Positions 1 to 11,371 of a DNA stretch of 64,000 nt are shown in pieces. Both the position numbers and the translations under genes were made by a program. The notes beneath the pieces are model-generated. The model worked only from the letters and a program-made list of their open reading frames with translations. It had not been told where the DNA came from and searched no databases. This stretch comes from Paraspadella gotoi (taxonomy: Eukaryota; Animalia; Chaetognatha), in NCBI GenBank assembly GCA_051294375.1, contig CM119268.1, forward strand, positions 19,120,323 through 19,184,322. The letters run 5' to 3'. The stretch's first letter is position 1; the number at the start of each line of letters is the position of its first letter.

Positions 1-896
1 GTAGGGAAGTGTGTGATTGAGCTAAATCGTCCGAGTGGAAATTAGTTAAAATGGAAAAAACAAAAGTAATACTTACTTGAGATATTTTTACTTATATTTA
101 CTAATAATTATTATGTTTATTATAAATTGGATAGATAAATTGAAATGAAATTTTGTGTGTGGGTAAAAAGGTATGTGATTAAGTTGGGTATAATTTTTTG
201 ATGGAATTGTATGAGTGAAAAAGAGTTTAAATTAGAAAACTAAAAGACACAATTAGTTGAATTTTATAAAATTTTTCTCTAGCTCTATTTGTTTGTCTGT
301 TTGTTTGTTTGTGTAGGATTTGATCTAGGCTTCTTCGCCTTCACGACTGATGAAGCATAGTGAATCGCCAACTAACATTTTAAACAAGTTTAACTTTTAA
401 TTAACATAAGTTACATTATAAACGATTTATCAAAATCAAATAAAACAATCATATCCGAGATTCGATCCCTGGACGAATGAATCACGAACTGTGTCTCAAT
501 CACTTTCACTATTTTTCAAAAAAAAGGAACATCATAACCATTCACATATTTACTAGATCACACTAGTAGTTTTATAGTTTTCATTGTTATGACTTTTATT
601 TCCTTCTCCTTTCACAAAGGAATTCTCCTACCATGTTAAATGTTTACTGTCACAGTATTAATGTTTATTTTTATTGTTAATGTTATTGATTAATATTATT
701 ACTAATATTGCTTTTGTCTGTTTGAGCATATAGATATTTTGTTTATCTGAATATCTATATGCTTTGATTATTTTATTAAGGTTGATTTTAATGTTGAACA
801 AATACAAGATTTTGTTCTAGAAAAAAAACTTTTATCCTTGACAATAAATAGTGAGGCACAGTTGCGCGTGGCGATTTGTGACGAACGCCACATTTG

Positions 897-933
<37 letters not shown>

Positions 934-1594
934 CCTAATTATGCCAGTTGACCAAAATATGCCAGTTGAACAAATTCTGCAAGTTGACCAAATTATGCGA
1001 ATTGGTAAAATTATGCTAGTTGACCAAATCATTCCAGTTGATCAAATTATGCCGGTTGACCAAATTATGCCAGTTGACCAAATTTTGTCAGTTGACCAAA
1101 TTATGTCAGTTTATCAAATAAAGCAAGTTGACCAAATTATGCCAGTTGACCAAATTACGTCAGTTTACCAAATTATACCAGTTGATCAAATTATACCAGC
1201 TTACCAAATTATGCAAGTTGAAAAAATTATGTCAGTTGACCAAATTATGCCAGTTGACCAAATTATGCCAGCTAACCAAATTATGCCTGTTGACCAAATT
1301 ATTCCAGTTGACCAAATAATGCAAGTTGATTAAATTATGAAAATTGATTAAATTATGAAAGTTGATCATATTATGCAAGTATTGGCGCAGGTACTGATAA
1401 TGATTGATAGATCAATTGATTTATAGATTTTTTCATAGATGTATCAAGTCTGTCATGATTTGTTATGTTACGATTTGTTATTATCTGTTAAGATCACAAA
1501 TTGAGAGTAAGAAAAAATTAATGCTATTTATCATTGGATTAGCTTATTACTGCTTAATTATCGTAGGCAGATCCGACATTTCCTCAAACTTGTT
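1..1594 (+). mobile_element. Helentron-associated (HINE/DINE-1-like) non-autonomous element, 5' part outside the window, with internal insertions
   Basis: 1-250 matches the 'gtagggaagtgtgtgattgagct...gagtggaaat' units at 42880-43700. The 3' sub-terminal motif GCAGATCCGACA (1568-1579) plus 'caaacttgttt' also ends the 42715-44155 copy. Confidence 0.65.
936..1380 (+). repeat. 18-bp minisatellite (AAATTATGCCAGTTGACC)n inside the HINE-like element
   Basis: About 24 visible tandem units. They explain the spurious VDQIMP-repeat ORF at 926-1333. Confidence 0.9.
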
Positions 1595-1742
1595 TATTAA
1601 TAGATTTAGGTAATATTTTATTTATTCATTCATTTATTTAATTAATTTAATAGATTTATGCAATAAATTATTTATTTATTCATTGATTTAATTTGATTTA
1701 ATTCATTTGACGGATTTGATATTATACGATTTATATTCAAAC

Positions 1743-3270
1743 CTTCATGTACGGAGTGCCCGTTGACGAGTCTTATTCCTTGAAAAGAACCGGAAAAACA
1801 CTCGACTCCGGCGAAATTGTTCAAACCGCAGTTTCCCTTTTGTTTGTAACTACAGTCGGCCAGCGAGTTCTCGTCTCCCCTGCAGGTGACGCTAGCAATA
1901 CCCACCGTTCGCGGTTGAGGACCAAAAAAAGAACAACACGTTGTTTCCTGTTTGATAAAATGCATTTCTTTTTAATCAATACCGTCCTGACATTGGTTTG
2001 ATCTCTTTCAGCATAATTGTGTTTTGGCGAGAATTAACGAATGTTATGATAAAGGCTTAATCGTTAATTCAAGTACTTAATTTACTTACAAATGTATTTA
2101 TTGTACTTTCCTGGGCTCCCAAGTATCCCAACATCCTGCAGGCGACGTTTCCTTCCGCTGGACCGAATCCGTCGTCACAGACTCCGTGTTCGTCGAAGAC
2201 CACGTTGCCCTGTCAGTTTTAATTGAACTTTATTTCATTCTTTTATTATTTTTTTCTTTTTTGAAAATAGATGCAACCAATATGGTGAAGAGACAGTAAT
2301 TATTGTTGTGTTATCGACAGAACCATTCAATATAAGCAGTCCCTGAGCTTCGGATCAGGCTGTAACACCATGTTACAGGCGGGTTAAGCGGCCCGTCCCT
2401 CTTAACTGCTAGGCGGCCACCGGGCTAGAACCCCGGACCTTTGGGTTGTGAGGCGAATGACTTGCCTCCGGCACCAATGGCCGCTAATGAACGGTTGGTG
2501 GATTTTAGTCCACCATAATGGAATTATTTATTCGTTCACTGAATAAGCAATCTTGCTATTTTTGGATAGGCTATGATGGGTTATGCCCTCCATCCTTCTC
2601 AGTTCTCACAAGATCCTAAAACCTTTCAATTAAGACTCTTTCAAAGTTTATTAACTCTCAGAGTATTCTATCAATGTTAAATGTTTCACTTGCACCACTG
2701 TCACCTATCGTATCGTATCGTATCGTATCGTATCGTATCGTATCGTATCGTATTGTATCGTATCGTATCGTATCGTATCGTATCGTATCGTATCGTATCG
2801 TATCGTATCGTATCGTATCGTATCGTATCGTATCGTATCGTATCCTTCGTTCCTTCGTTCCGTTCGTTCGTTCCTTCGCTTCGTTCCTTCGTTCCTTCGT
2901 TCGCCTTCTCTTCGTTCGTTCCTTCGTTCGTTCGTTCCTTCGTTCGTTCCTTCGTTCGTTCCTTCGTTCGTTCGTTCAATTTCTTGAGGTCATTTAATGT
3001 CAAATGTTTTCAACAACTATTAAAAGAGAGAATCGTTACCCAATTAGGTCCCGGAATGAGATCGACTCTCACAGTCGACAGTCGTTTTCGTCGCCATCGA
3101 AGTTGGGCGGTTCCGACGGCGGTGGAGGCCGACATGGCGGTGGAGTTCTCAATGGCGGCGGGACGGGCGTTGACGAAGTTTAGATCGGGATAACACAAAG
3201 AAATGTAAACAATTACGAAAGTGATCCAAGTCATAGATGAAAAAACATTTAGCAGCGAATGATTATTCAT
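1743..3270 (-). CDS. Secreted SRCR (scavenger receptor cysteine-rich) domain protein, first three exons: 3270-3040, 2209-2090, 1947-1743; continues beyond the window start
   Basis: Hydrophobic N-terminus and RRKR furin-like site. The spliced product reads LIPGPNW|GNVVFDEHGVCDDGFGPAEGNVACRMLGY...|...VTCRGDENSLADCSY...NCGLNNFAGVEC...IRLVNGHSVHEG, i.e. SRCR motifs plus the start of a second SRCR domain. GT-AG junctions are in phase. Confidence 0.85.
2335..2410 (-). ncRNA. Twister ribozyme, type P5; predicted cleavage between 2386 and 2385
   Basis: Minus strand: AGCAGU-UAA-GAGG-GACGGG-CCGCU-U^AA-CCC-GCC-UGUAACA(UGG)UGUUACA-GCCUGA-UCCGAAGC-UCAGG-G-ACUGCU. It has the twister landmarks UAA, GCC, L4 UCCNAAGC and GANGG, with P3, P4 and P5 helices. 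Confidence 0.8.
2412..2484 (-). promoter_or_regulatory. tRNA-derived head (Pol III A/B-box-like) of the family A element
   Basis: Acceptor-like stem GCGGCCA...TGGCCGC and T-arm CCGGG-GTTCTAG-CCCGG. The anticodon stem does not pair, so this is not a functional tRNA. Confidence 0.7.
2706..2977 (+). repeat. Compound microsatellite (TATCG)n followed by (TTCG/TTCC)n
   Basis: Directly visible; explains the ORFs at 2674-3003. Confidence 0.95.
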
Positions 3271-3809
3271 CTTTTGTTTCTTGTCGTTTTGTTTCTTATA
3301 TTTGTTATTTCCTTTTTTTCTTAATTTTCTTTTTCTCTTTTGTTTCTTCCTTTTGTTTCTGCGAAATTGAGTTTAGTCGATGATTTTTCGTCTTCGTCAG
3401 CCGATAGTTATTTCACAGGTAATTTTTTTTCTTTTTTTTATTTAATTTTATTTAAAAACATTTTAGTAATTTTTTGTTATAATAGGTTACAAGAGTTGTT
3501 ACGTTACAATTAAAAATATCGATGACTCGACGATCCCTAATTGCAGAAAGATATTTCCCGCGTAAGAAGAACGAAATCCTCTTTCCTCTCTGGTACGATT
3601 CTCAAAGGAAATACTACTCTCTCTCTCTCTTTCTTTTTTTCTTACACAACACGACATTGAATTAGTTTTTTTTTTTGCGGGCAGAATTTTGACGATCATA
3701 TTGTATTTTTATAAATATGCAAATTAATTTGTTATTGTTAAGTTTTCAATATGGTAAGTCGCCTCAGGGCCAATTTCGCCAGACAAAAATTTAGCTGTAA
3801 TCAGAAATG

Positions 3810-4094
3810 TGTGGATAAGGTGTTAAGTGGGCTGAAGATGACTATCCGTAACTTCTATAACCCCCTTTAGTAGCCATGAAACGGGTCCTGGACTTCGAAC
3901 CTGGCCTGAGGGGTTGCCACGCCCCCAAGTTAGCTTACGGCCGTCCTCACGCTTCGCGCAGGGTAGTTACTGGGTTGGGATTGAACCCGGTGCGTAGTGG
4001 TCATGCGCTGACGTATTTACTCAATGAGTCACCGGGTCAGGACCGAAGGTGTCATGCTTAGAGGCGGGGTGAACCTAGGCAATGCCCGACTACA
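3810..4094 (-). mobile_element. Solo-LTR-like element, family B copy 1 (tRNA-like head plus partly decayed twister at 3881-3959)
   Basis: Reverse-complement copy of 52169-52444 with TGT...ACA ends. Flanks AATG/AATA are a 3/4 match to a 4-bp TSD. The B-box GGTTCAATCCC is on the minus strand. Confidence 0.8.
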
Positions 4095-4189
4095 AATATA
4101 CTTTGCAATCCATTCTATCTAAAATCTTATATTTCAGAATTATTTTTTCATATACTATTTATCCTCATAGTAATTAATTAATTGATTAA

Positions 4190-4508
4190 TTAATAATCGG
4201 TCTGGAACTGATTGACTGTAAGCAAATTGTATCTTGAATTAATTTCATCCCAGTCAGAGTAACCTCCGTGTAAATGTCTGGCAGCGCCGAGTCCGTTCTG
4301 CAAACCAAATTCGAAGATAGTATTAACAAAGAATGATAATGATTGGGAAAGCAATTAGCAAAATTAAACTTGGCACTCACTTCCGTAGAAAATCCGGTTC
4401 TGCCATGAAATACGCGGTAATTGTTGAAACACATCGTTTCTCCTGGTTGGAGTTTTTGAACGAGGAGGTTTTCCGTTCGGTAGCAGATGTCCTTGAATTT
4501 GCTCAACG
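4190..4508 (-). CDS. Last two exons (about 4508-4381 and 4297-4190) of a gamma-butyrobetaine/trimethyllysine dioxygenase-like (TauD-fold) gene
   Basis: ALSKFKDICYRTENLLVQKLQPGETMCFNNYRVFHGRTGF|...RHLHGGYSDWDEINSRY matches the BBOX1/TMLHE C-terminus (DNxRxxHGR and RHLxGxYxDWD). The intron is GTGAGT...TTGCAG in phase 0. Upstream exons were not identified with confidence. Confidence 0.8.
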
Positions 4509-4619
4509 CTTCGAATCAAAAACTACCATGATGGAAAAACAAATTGTCGCTGTTACTTTCCAGCTATTTTTTGGCATTTTAATGTAAGAATCGAAAAATA
4601 AAATTTAGATATAAAAAAA

Positions 4620-4960
4620 ATTTGACCTTTTGTGATTCATATGACAAAAAAGACAAAGACAAAAAGACAAAAAGACAAAAAATATAAGAGTTCCATGCAA
4701 AAGAAAATGAGTTGTACAAAAAAATGCTTCTTTCTTTTTTGTATTTAATAAATATATATATCTACACTTTTTATTTAAATTAATTTCCGGTTCTTTTTTA
4801 TTACTTTTTGAATTAAAACTTTACTATTAAAAATCTCTGTCTTTTTTTCAGTTTTATGTTAAATAGTTATTGCATAATCTCCATTAGGATAGATTCAGGG
4901 ATGAATCTTAATTCATATGTCAAAAAAGAGCGGTATTAAAAATACATTGATGTTGAAGAG
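4620..4960 (+). repeat. Dispersed repeat, unclassified; inverted copy at about 63690-64000
   Basis: 'ttttgtgattcatatga', 'agagttccatgcaaaa' and 'atctccattaggatagattcagggg' recur as reverse complements near the window end. Confidence 0.75.
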
Positions 4961-5961
4961 CGTAAAAATTATTTTGATTTCAATCAATTTCTATGATTTT
5001 TACCCGAAAAACTTTTTTACATATCTTTGTTTTTTAATGTGAATGATGTGATTTGACCGACTTTAGATTACAGTGGCTAGATTGGGGACGCATCATTATT
5101 ATTTTTCAATATAATTGATATCTCATTAATATAAATTTGGCCCCGAAAATCTTGTTTTTTAAATTTTTAAATAAGGGAGAGAGAGAGAGAGAGACAGAGC
5201 GAAGAATTGGTCAAAAAGAGAAAGAGAGAAATTAATATTTTGGCCAATTTCTCCTCTCGTCTCTCAACTTTTATTAAGCGGGTCGCCAAACCGAGAGGGA
5301 AAACCATTTTTTGAAAAATTGTTTCGTTTCTTTGTTTTTACAAACTCACGTTTCACTTAGTAAGCTTCTTTGGTAAAATATAAATATAGTCTACGTCATG
5401 AAGTAAGCAGATATTGAAAATATAGTCACTAAAATAAATTGCTTTTAAATTATGCGAAAAGAAAACTCTTTCTCTCTTTCTCTCTATCTCTCTCCCTCTC
5501 CCTCTCTCTCGTACCCTAGCTATAATCCCAATTCCTCTCACTAATCCTAAGAAATTCACAAAAAAGTCTCACTTTTCGTTTTCACTCTTTCCAAACTAAT
5601 TAGGCGTTAAACAGTAAGGGTTTTTTCTTTTAAGTTTAACTATTTTACAGAGTGAGACACATTATCTTTGAAGTCACAGGCTCACAGCTATCAATTTTTT
5701 TTTATAATTACAATTGTGAAAAATTGCGCACCTCTATGTTGACTTTGCAGAGGCTTTCTCTTGCGACATTCCCAGCCTTTGATGACAGTGGCCAGAATTT
5801 AACAGATCTTGGAGGGCGACCTTGACGGCGATATAAAAATGTTTACGGGCCCAGTGACTGTTAATAAGCATTATTCGAATTTGGATTCTATGAAATTGAT
5901 TCAACCAATATTAAGATTAATCATTCATTCGATAAACCAGCTTGACCTTGACTTTGGACAG

Positions 5962-6583
5962 TAAGGCGTAGTGAAAGTTACGTACGAAAATTAAAGTCAA
6001 TTATGAACAAACATACCATTCAGTGAACATTAATTTGTAAAAAAAAATTAATTTTATATTTATTTATTTAATTTTCGCAAGTACGTATGTTATATATATT
6101 ACTATCCTTTATGGAATCGAAAATTTCAAAATAGGCTTTTCCTAATTTTTATTGCAGATTGAATTCCACGTCAAAAGTTGATAAAAGAAAATATAAATTA
6201 TTTTAAAAAATTCTTTCAAGTAAGTGGGTTAAAAATTAAAAAAAATCTAGTATTTATATATAAAAAAAGTTAATTTTCAGCTTAAAAATAGTTTTTTCTA
6301 TATTTTTTACCCACTTAATGAAGGAATTTTTTAAAAAAGTTATATTTTCTTTTTATCAATCTTTATGACGAATCCAAAGAATTTGCACAAAAAATCTCTT
6401 AGAAAAAACTGTTTTGAAATTTTAACATTATTGGATAGTACGTAGTATAAATATTGCCTACTGCGTAAATTGTAAATTTATTTATAAATTTTTTTATACA
6501 TAAAGTCATTAGTAGTAATGTTGTTCGTTCTCACTTGTTAGAATTTTAATTAAAGTTAAATTTAGAAATTTTACTACGCCTTA
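5962..6583 (+). mobile_element. Non-autonomous hAT-type DNA transposon
   Basis: TIR TAAGGCGTAGT...ACTACGCCTTA with a perfect 8-bp TSD TTGGACAG (5954-5961 and 6584-6591). A second copy lies at 60216-60827. Confidence 0.9.
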
Positions 6584-7372
6584 TTGGACAGCGTCCATCC
6601 CTCTTGCAAGATAATAACATAGCAAGACCCTACAAACTTTCAATATTATTTTAAAAATCTTTATTACGAATTTCTGCCACCTTAAACTATAATTTGATTT
6701 TTCTTTCTTTTTCTAGAGAATATTTATTCCCAAATAAGCTTATCAGGTTTAAGTGTTAAACCGTAAAACGTAATTCTAACCTCATCATGAAAATACTCGA
6801 CGCATTCCAAACCCTTTCCTTTCCTTATTTTTAGTAGTTAAATAAATACTTCCTTTCTCCCTCTCCCTTATTTACTCCCCTTTCCTTTCATTCTCCTTTC
6901 TCTTCTCCTCCCCCTTTTTTACGTCTCGACTTTTTCCCCTCGAGACGAATCTTTGATAAATTTGTCCCGATTTGTTAGACGATAGTGTTTCGTTTGTTTA
7001 CTTTTATTCGAACTTTGAAAAAATTGGAAAAAAAAGATTTGAAGGGGGTAGGCTTCAGGGCGACGGAGAAAAGATAAAGTAATGCGTCGTTTATCTTTGT
7101 TTTATAATATGTTTAACATACGTAATTTAACGTTAAACAGGTACTGAAAGTTTATCATTTACTGTTTATCAAGTACAAAAAAGAGATATTGAACAACCAC
7201 AAGAATAAATACCAGCTCTTCTACTTCGCCCGGGCATCTCAATCTCAATTCTCAATCGTTTATTTCTTTCGTTTTTCCTTTTTTTGCTCACTTTTTTTCT
7301 AACCCTAAATCGCGTTCCGCTAATCGGTTTTTCGCCAACACAAAAACTTCATCATTTAGCTAATTGAATCGT

Positions 7373-7486
<114 letters not shown>

Positions 7487-8228
7487 AAAGAGAGAGCAAA
7501 GAGTGGGCAAGAGCGAGTTTCGCATTTTATACCCTGATTATAAGTATTTACTTACACTATTCTAAGTTCCACTTTCTCTCTTCCTCTCTCCTTCTTTCTT
7601 TCTATTTTTCTTTCTCCCTCATAATATTAGAGCCAAACTTCGTCAATGGGGTGGGTCAGAAGTTTGATTTGAGGAACCCTTTCCAAATGAAACTTCATAC
7701 ATTTCTGAGAAAACTTTCAATGGAGAAAAATTTTCTAAAATGGCAAGAACATTAGTAATTAATTTTTTAATATTATTTATAGATAGGAAAGGTAAAAATC
7801 TTTTTTTGAATTTTTTATTTTTAAAAGCAGATTCAAATAGCTTATGAAAAATTATCTACAACATCAATATTTTGTGATTAAGTGGGTTTAAATTGAGAAA
7901 AACCTTAAAAAATCAGCATCATCATCATCATCCGATGATTTTAGCAGTTTTTACTAATTTTTGGTAATAAAACATCCAAATTTAAAAAGTTTAATATATA
8001 TTTTTTGCTTAACTTTTTAAGCTCTATCAGAATCAATTAAAAAAAACTTAAAATATCCAAAAAAATTTTGACATTATATAGCAATATAATAATATTAATT
8101 AGCAATTACTCATGGTACGGAACATTTTTGCAAAAAAATATTTTAACACAATAATTAATACCAATAATTGGATTAGTTTAATGCTGTTCCCATTAAAATT
8201 TGAATTTGCTCGGCTACCGCTAATAATA

Positions 8229-8261
<33 letters not shown>

Positions 8262-8686
8262 GTCTCTCTCTCTTCCCCCCTCTCTGTCTCCCCATCCCTC
8301 CCTCTCTCCCTCTCCCCTCTTGGCTTTTCGTTGTCATAGCAACGAGTAGCAATTTTCTCTCGCGACATTTCACGTTAAAAGTTTTTCGACCCATTAAAAA
8401 CTCCCGCAACGTCGGGACAAGTTGACGTCAAAATTTAGCGTCACTATTTCCATTTTGTGGTCGTATCTCGAGGAAAGCCTTTCTCAATTTAATGCCACTT
8501 GAGTTCGGGTTGCCATCCCATCCAATTCTCGCGCGACATTTGATGGATTTTTTTTTTAATTTAAGCTTCCCTCCTTGAAAAGTTTTATAAAAAGAGAGAT
8601 TATTTTCTCTTGTTTTTCATGTTTTTTTTTCTAGAATCCCATTTTGGATACTATATTTTCTAAATGTTCCCCATTTCATTTGGTAA

Positions 8687-9189
8687 CAGGAATTCGGTTA
8701 AAATTATATTAGTGATTAGGGGTTGGAATTATTTAAATTGTATTGAAAAATTAGGAACAAGCAAGGGGCGCTTTCGGAAAACAGTGCTTTAATTTTTCAT
8801 AACCAGAGTTTTCGAGTTCCTCGCTTTCTCTTTCTTTACTTCTTTTTTTCTTTTCGTTTATTCCACTTGACCTGAAAAATCATCTCAACAAGCAACTCGT
8901 CAATTTTGCTCCAATTTTTTTTTCATCGCCTCTCTCTCTCTCTCAGGAATTCCGGTAAAATTATATTAGTGATTAGGGGTTGGAATTATTTAAATTGTAT
9001 TGAAAAATTAGGAACAAGCAAGGGGCGCTTTCGGAAAACAGTGCTTTAATTTTTCATAACCAGAGTTTTCGAGTTCCTCGCTTTCTCTTTCTTTACTTCT
9101 TTTTTTTCTTTTCGTTTATTCCACTTGACCTGAAAAATCATCTCAACAAGCAACTCGTCAATTTTGCTCCAATTTTTTTTTCATCGCTC

Positions 9190-9272
<83 letters not shown>

Positions 9273-9455
9273 ATCCAATCCTTTTAGCGACTTTNNNNNN
9301 NNNNNNNNNNNNNNNNNNNAACGAACCCTAAAGAAGTGTCATTCTTTTTCATTTCCTTTTTTAATTTTCAACTTCCGTTTAAGATTATTACAAGCAGAGA
9401 CTGATGGAAGCTTTGATAATTGATTGGTTGTTATATGATTTAATAATAACAATAA

Positions 9456-9549
<94 letters not shown>

Positions 9550-9889
9550 CAATTCATCTCTGTTTTTGTTTCACGAGTTGTTATCTTTTTTCACCAACGA
9601 CCAACTTTTGTCACATGTTGACGAGATTTCACGGAATAGAGATCGACCTACAGGAATTCGGTTAAAATTATATTAGTGATTAGGGGTTGGAATTATTTAA
9701 ATTGTATTGAAAAATTAGGAACAAGCAAGGGGCGCTTTCGGAAAACAGTGCTTTAATTTTTCATAACCAGAGTTTTCGAGTTCCTCGCTTTCTCTTTCTT
9801 TACTTCTTTTTTTCTTTTCGTTTATTCCACTTGACCTGAAAAATCATCTCAACAAGCAACTCGTCAATTTTGCTCCAATTTTTTTTTCA

Positions 9890-9975
<86 letters not shown>

Positions 9976-10170
9976 TATATCCAATCCTTTTAGCGACTTT
10001 AACGAACCCTAAAGAAGTGTCATTCTTTTTCATTTCCTTTTTTAATTTTCAACTTCCGTTTAAGATTATTACAAGCAGAGACTGATGGAAGCTTTGATAA
10101 TTGATTGGTTGTTATATGATTAATAATAACAAATAATAATATAAAAATAATAATAATAATAATAATAATA

Positions 10171-10231
<61 letters not shown>

Positions 10232-10330
10232 CAATTCATCTCTGTTTTTGTTTCACGAGTTGTTATCTTTTTTCACCAACGACCACTTTTGTCACATGTT
10301 GACGAGATTTCACGGAATAGAGATCGACCT
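8687..10330. repeat. Near-identical local duplications around N-gaps (8687-8940, 8944-9190 and 9651-9893; 9320-9650 and 10001-10330)
   Basis: Essentially identical blocks beside gaps 9295-9319 and 10425-10449 and long (CT)n/(AAT)n tracts; probably an assembly artefact. Confidence 0.8.
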
Positions 10331-10350
10331 AAGACTGCGGTCTCTAACAC

Positions 10351-10424
<74 letters not shown>

Positions 10425-10778
10425 NNNNNNNNNNNNNNNNNNNNNNNNNGAGAGAGAGAGAGATGTTGTTGTTGAAGGGGACACATGAGTGAGGAATTTG
10501 TTGCATTGATAATTAAAAAACTTCATTGCGGTTTTTCTTTTTCTTTTTTTTTCTTTTTTATTTTATTGGTTATTGGTCTCAACGGCGCATTTTTAAAGAG
10601 TTAAATAAAACGAACAGACTCATCATCAATCTCCTATTTGTGACTTCCGTTTTAGAGTTTTTCTCACACTCCAGGGTAAGGCGTATAGAAAGTTACATAC
10701 GAAAATTCTAAAAGTCAATTATGAACAATATACCATAAAATATATTGATTTTTCACCCTCTCTCTCTCTCGTTTGTGA

Positions 10779-10835
10779 ATTTAAATGCTGATGAAGACTC
10801 GAAAGTCAAAGAGTCGAAACATGTCCGATTTAAAT
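10779..10835 (+). ncRNA. Minimal type I hammerhead ribozyme (Penelope-like element type); predicted cleavage after 10825
   Basis: ATTTAAATG-CTGATGA-A-GACTC(gaaagtcaaa)GAGTC-GAAA-CATG-TC-cgATTTAAAT, followed by AATAAA. It has both core motifs, a 5-bp helix II, a palindromic minimal helix III and a helix I with one bulge. Confidence 0.8.
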
Positions 10836-11340
10836 AAAACAAAATCATTGTTGTCAAATAACGAATTTTCCTTTTCTCTCCAAATACAATGTTTAAATTG
10901 TGAAAACAGATTGAGATTCCTCATAAAAAATTGACTAATTTCAAATCTGGTCTTGAAATTTCGAAATTTTCAATTTGAAATTTTAGCCTATTAATATACT
11001 TATTAGTTATTACTACATATAAATATATATAGCTTACTGGTGCCCACTGATATATAAATCTGAAAAATAAATTTACAAAAGTATTTTCTTCATGTTCTAT
11101 ACGCTAAATAATAAAAAAAATAATTTCATTTGTAATCGAACCCGATAAGAAAATATTCTCTGCTCAAAACTTTGACTTCGAGACATCTTGTTTACTTTTT
11201 CATTTTTTTATTTACTTTTTTATCTCATCTTTTTTTCTCTTTTTCAGATTTGTTTTTCCGAGGTTTTGTCGCTCGGTGAAAGGAAGAGGCGTGAAGGTTT
11301 GTGAAGAGTTAGAGATGCCAGACGGCGTTTCTTTTTTTTT

Positions 11341-11371
<31 letters not shown>

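Larger units (their letters stand above)
2286..2517 (-). mobile_element. Solo-LTR-like/SINE-like element, family A copy 1 (tRNA-like head plus twister ribozyme)
   Basis: Near-identical copy at 41435-41668. Ends TATGGTGG...CTCTTCA on the minus strand. 4-bp TSD ATGG at 2282-2285 and 2518-2521. Confidence 0.85.

Noticed and set aside
310-378. CTGATGA and GGC-TTCTTC-GCC suggesting a hammerhead or HDV-like ribozyme
   Set aside because: There is no GAAA core after a helix II, and HDV P1, P1.1 and P2 could not be built consistently; it is more likely a TE terminal hairpin.
926-1333. ORF with VDQIMP hexapeptide repeats
   Set aside because: It is the translation of an 18-bp minisatellite inside a non-coding TE.
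2412-2484. Functional tRNA-Val or tRNA-Gly gene
   Set aside because: The D and anticodon arms do not pair, the anticodon differs between copies, and it lies within a TSD-flanked repeat.
2286-2517. Family A as a Helentron/HINE element (inverted repeat plus terminal hairpin)
   Set aside because: Both copies have distinct 4-bp TSDs, which rolling-circle elements do not make, and the ends match family C.
5730-5860. Upstream exon of the dioxygenase gene
   Set aside because: Splice-like ends are present, but every frame has a stop and the similarity is too weak.
8687-10330. Biological tandem triplication
   Set aside because: Near-identical blocks abutting N-gaps and microsatellites are better explained by assembly error.
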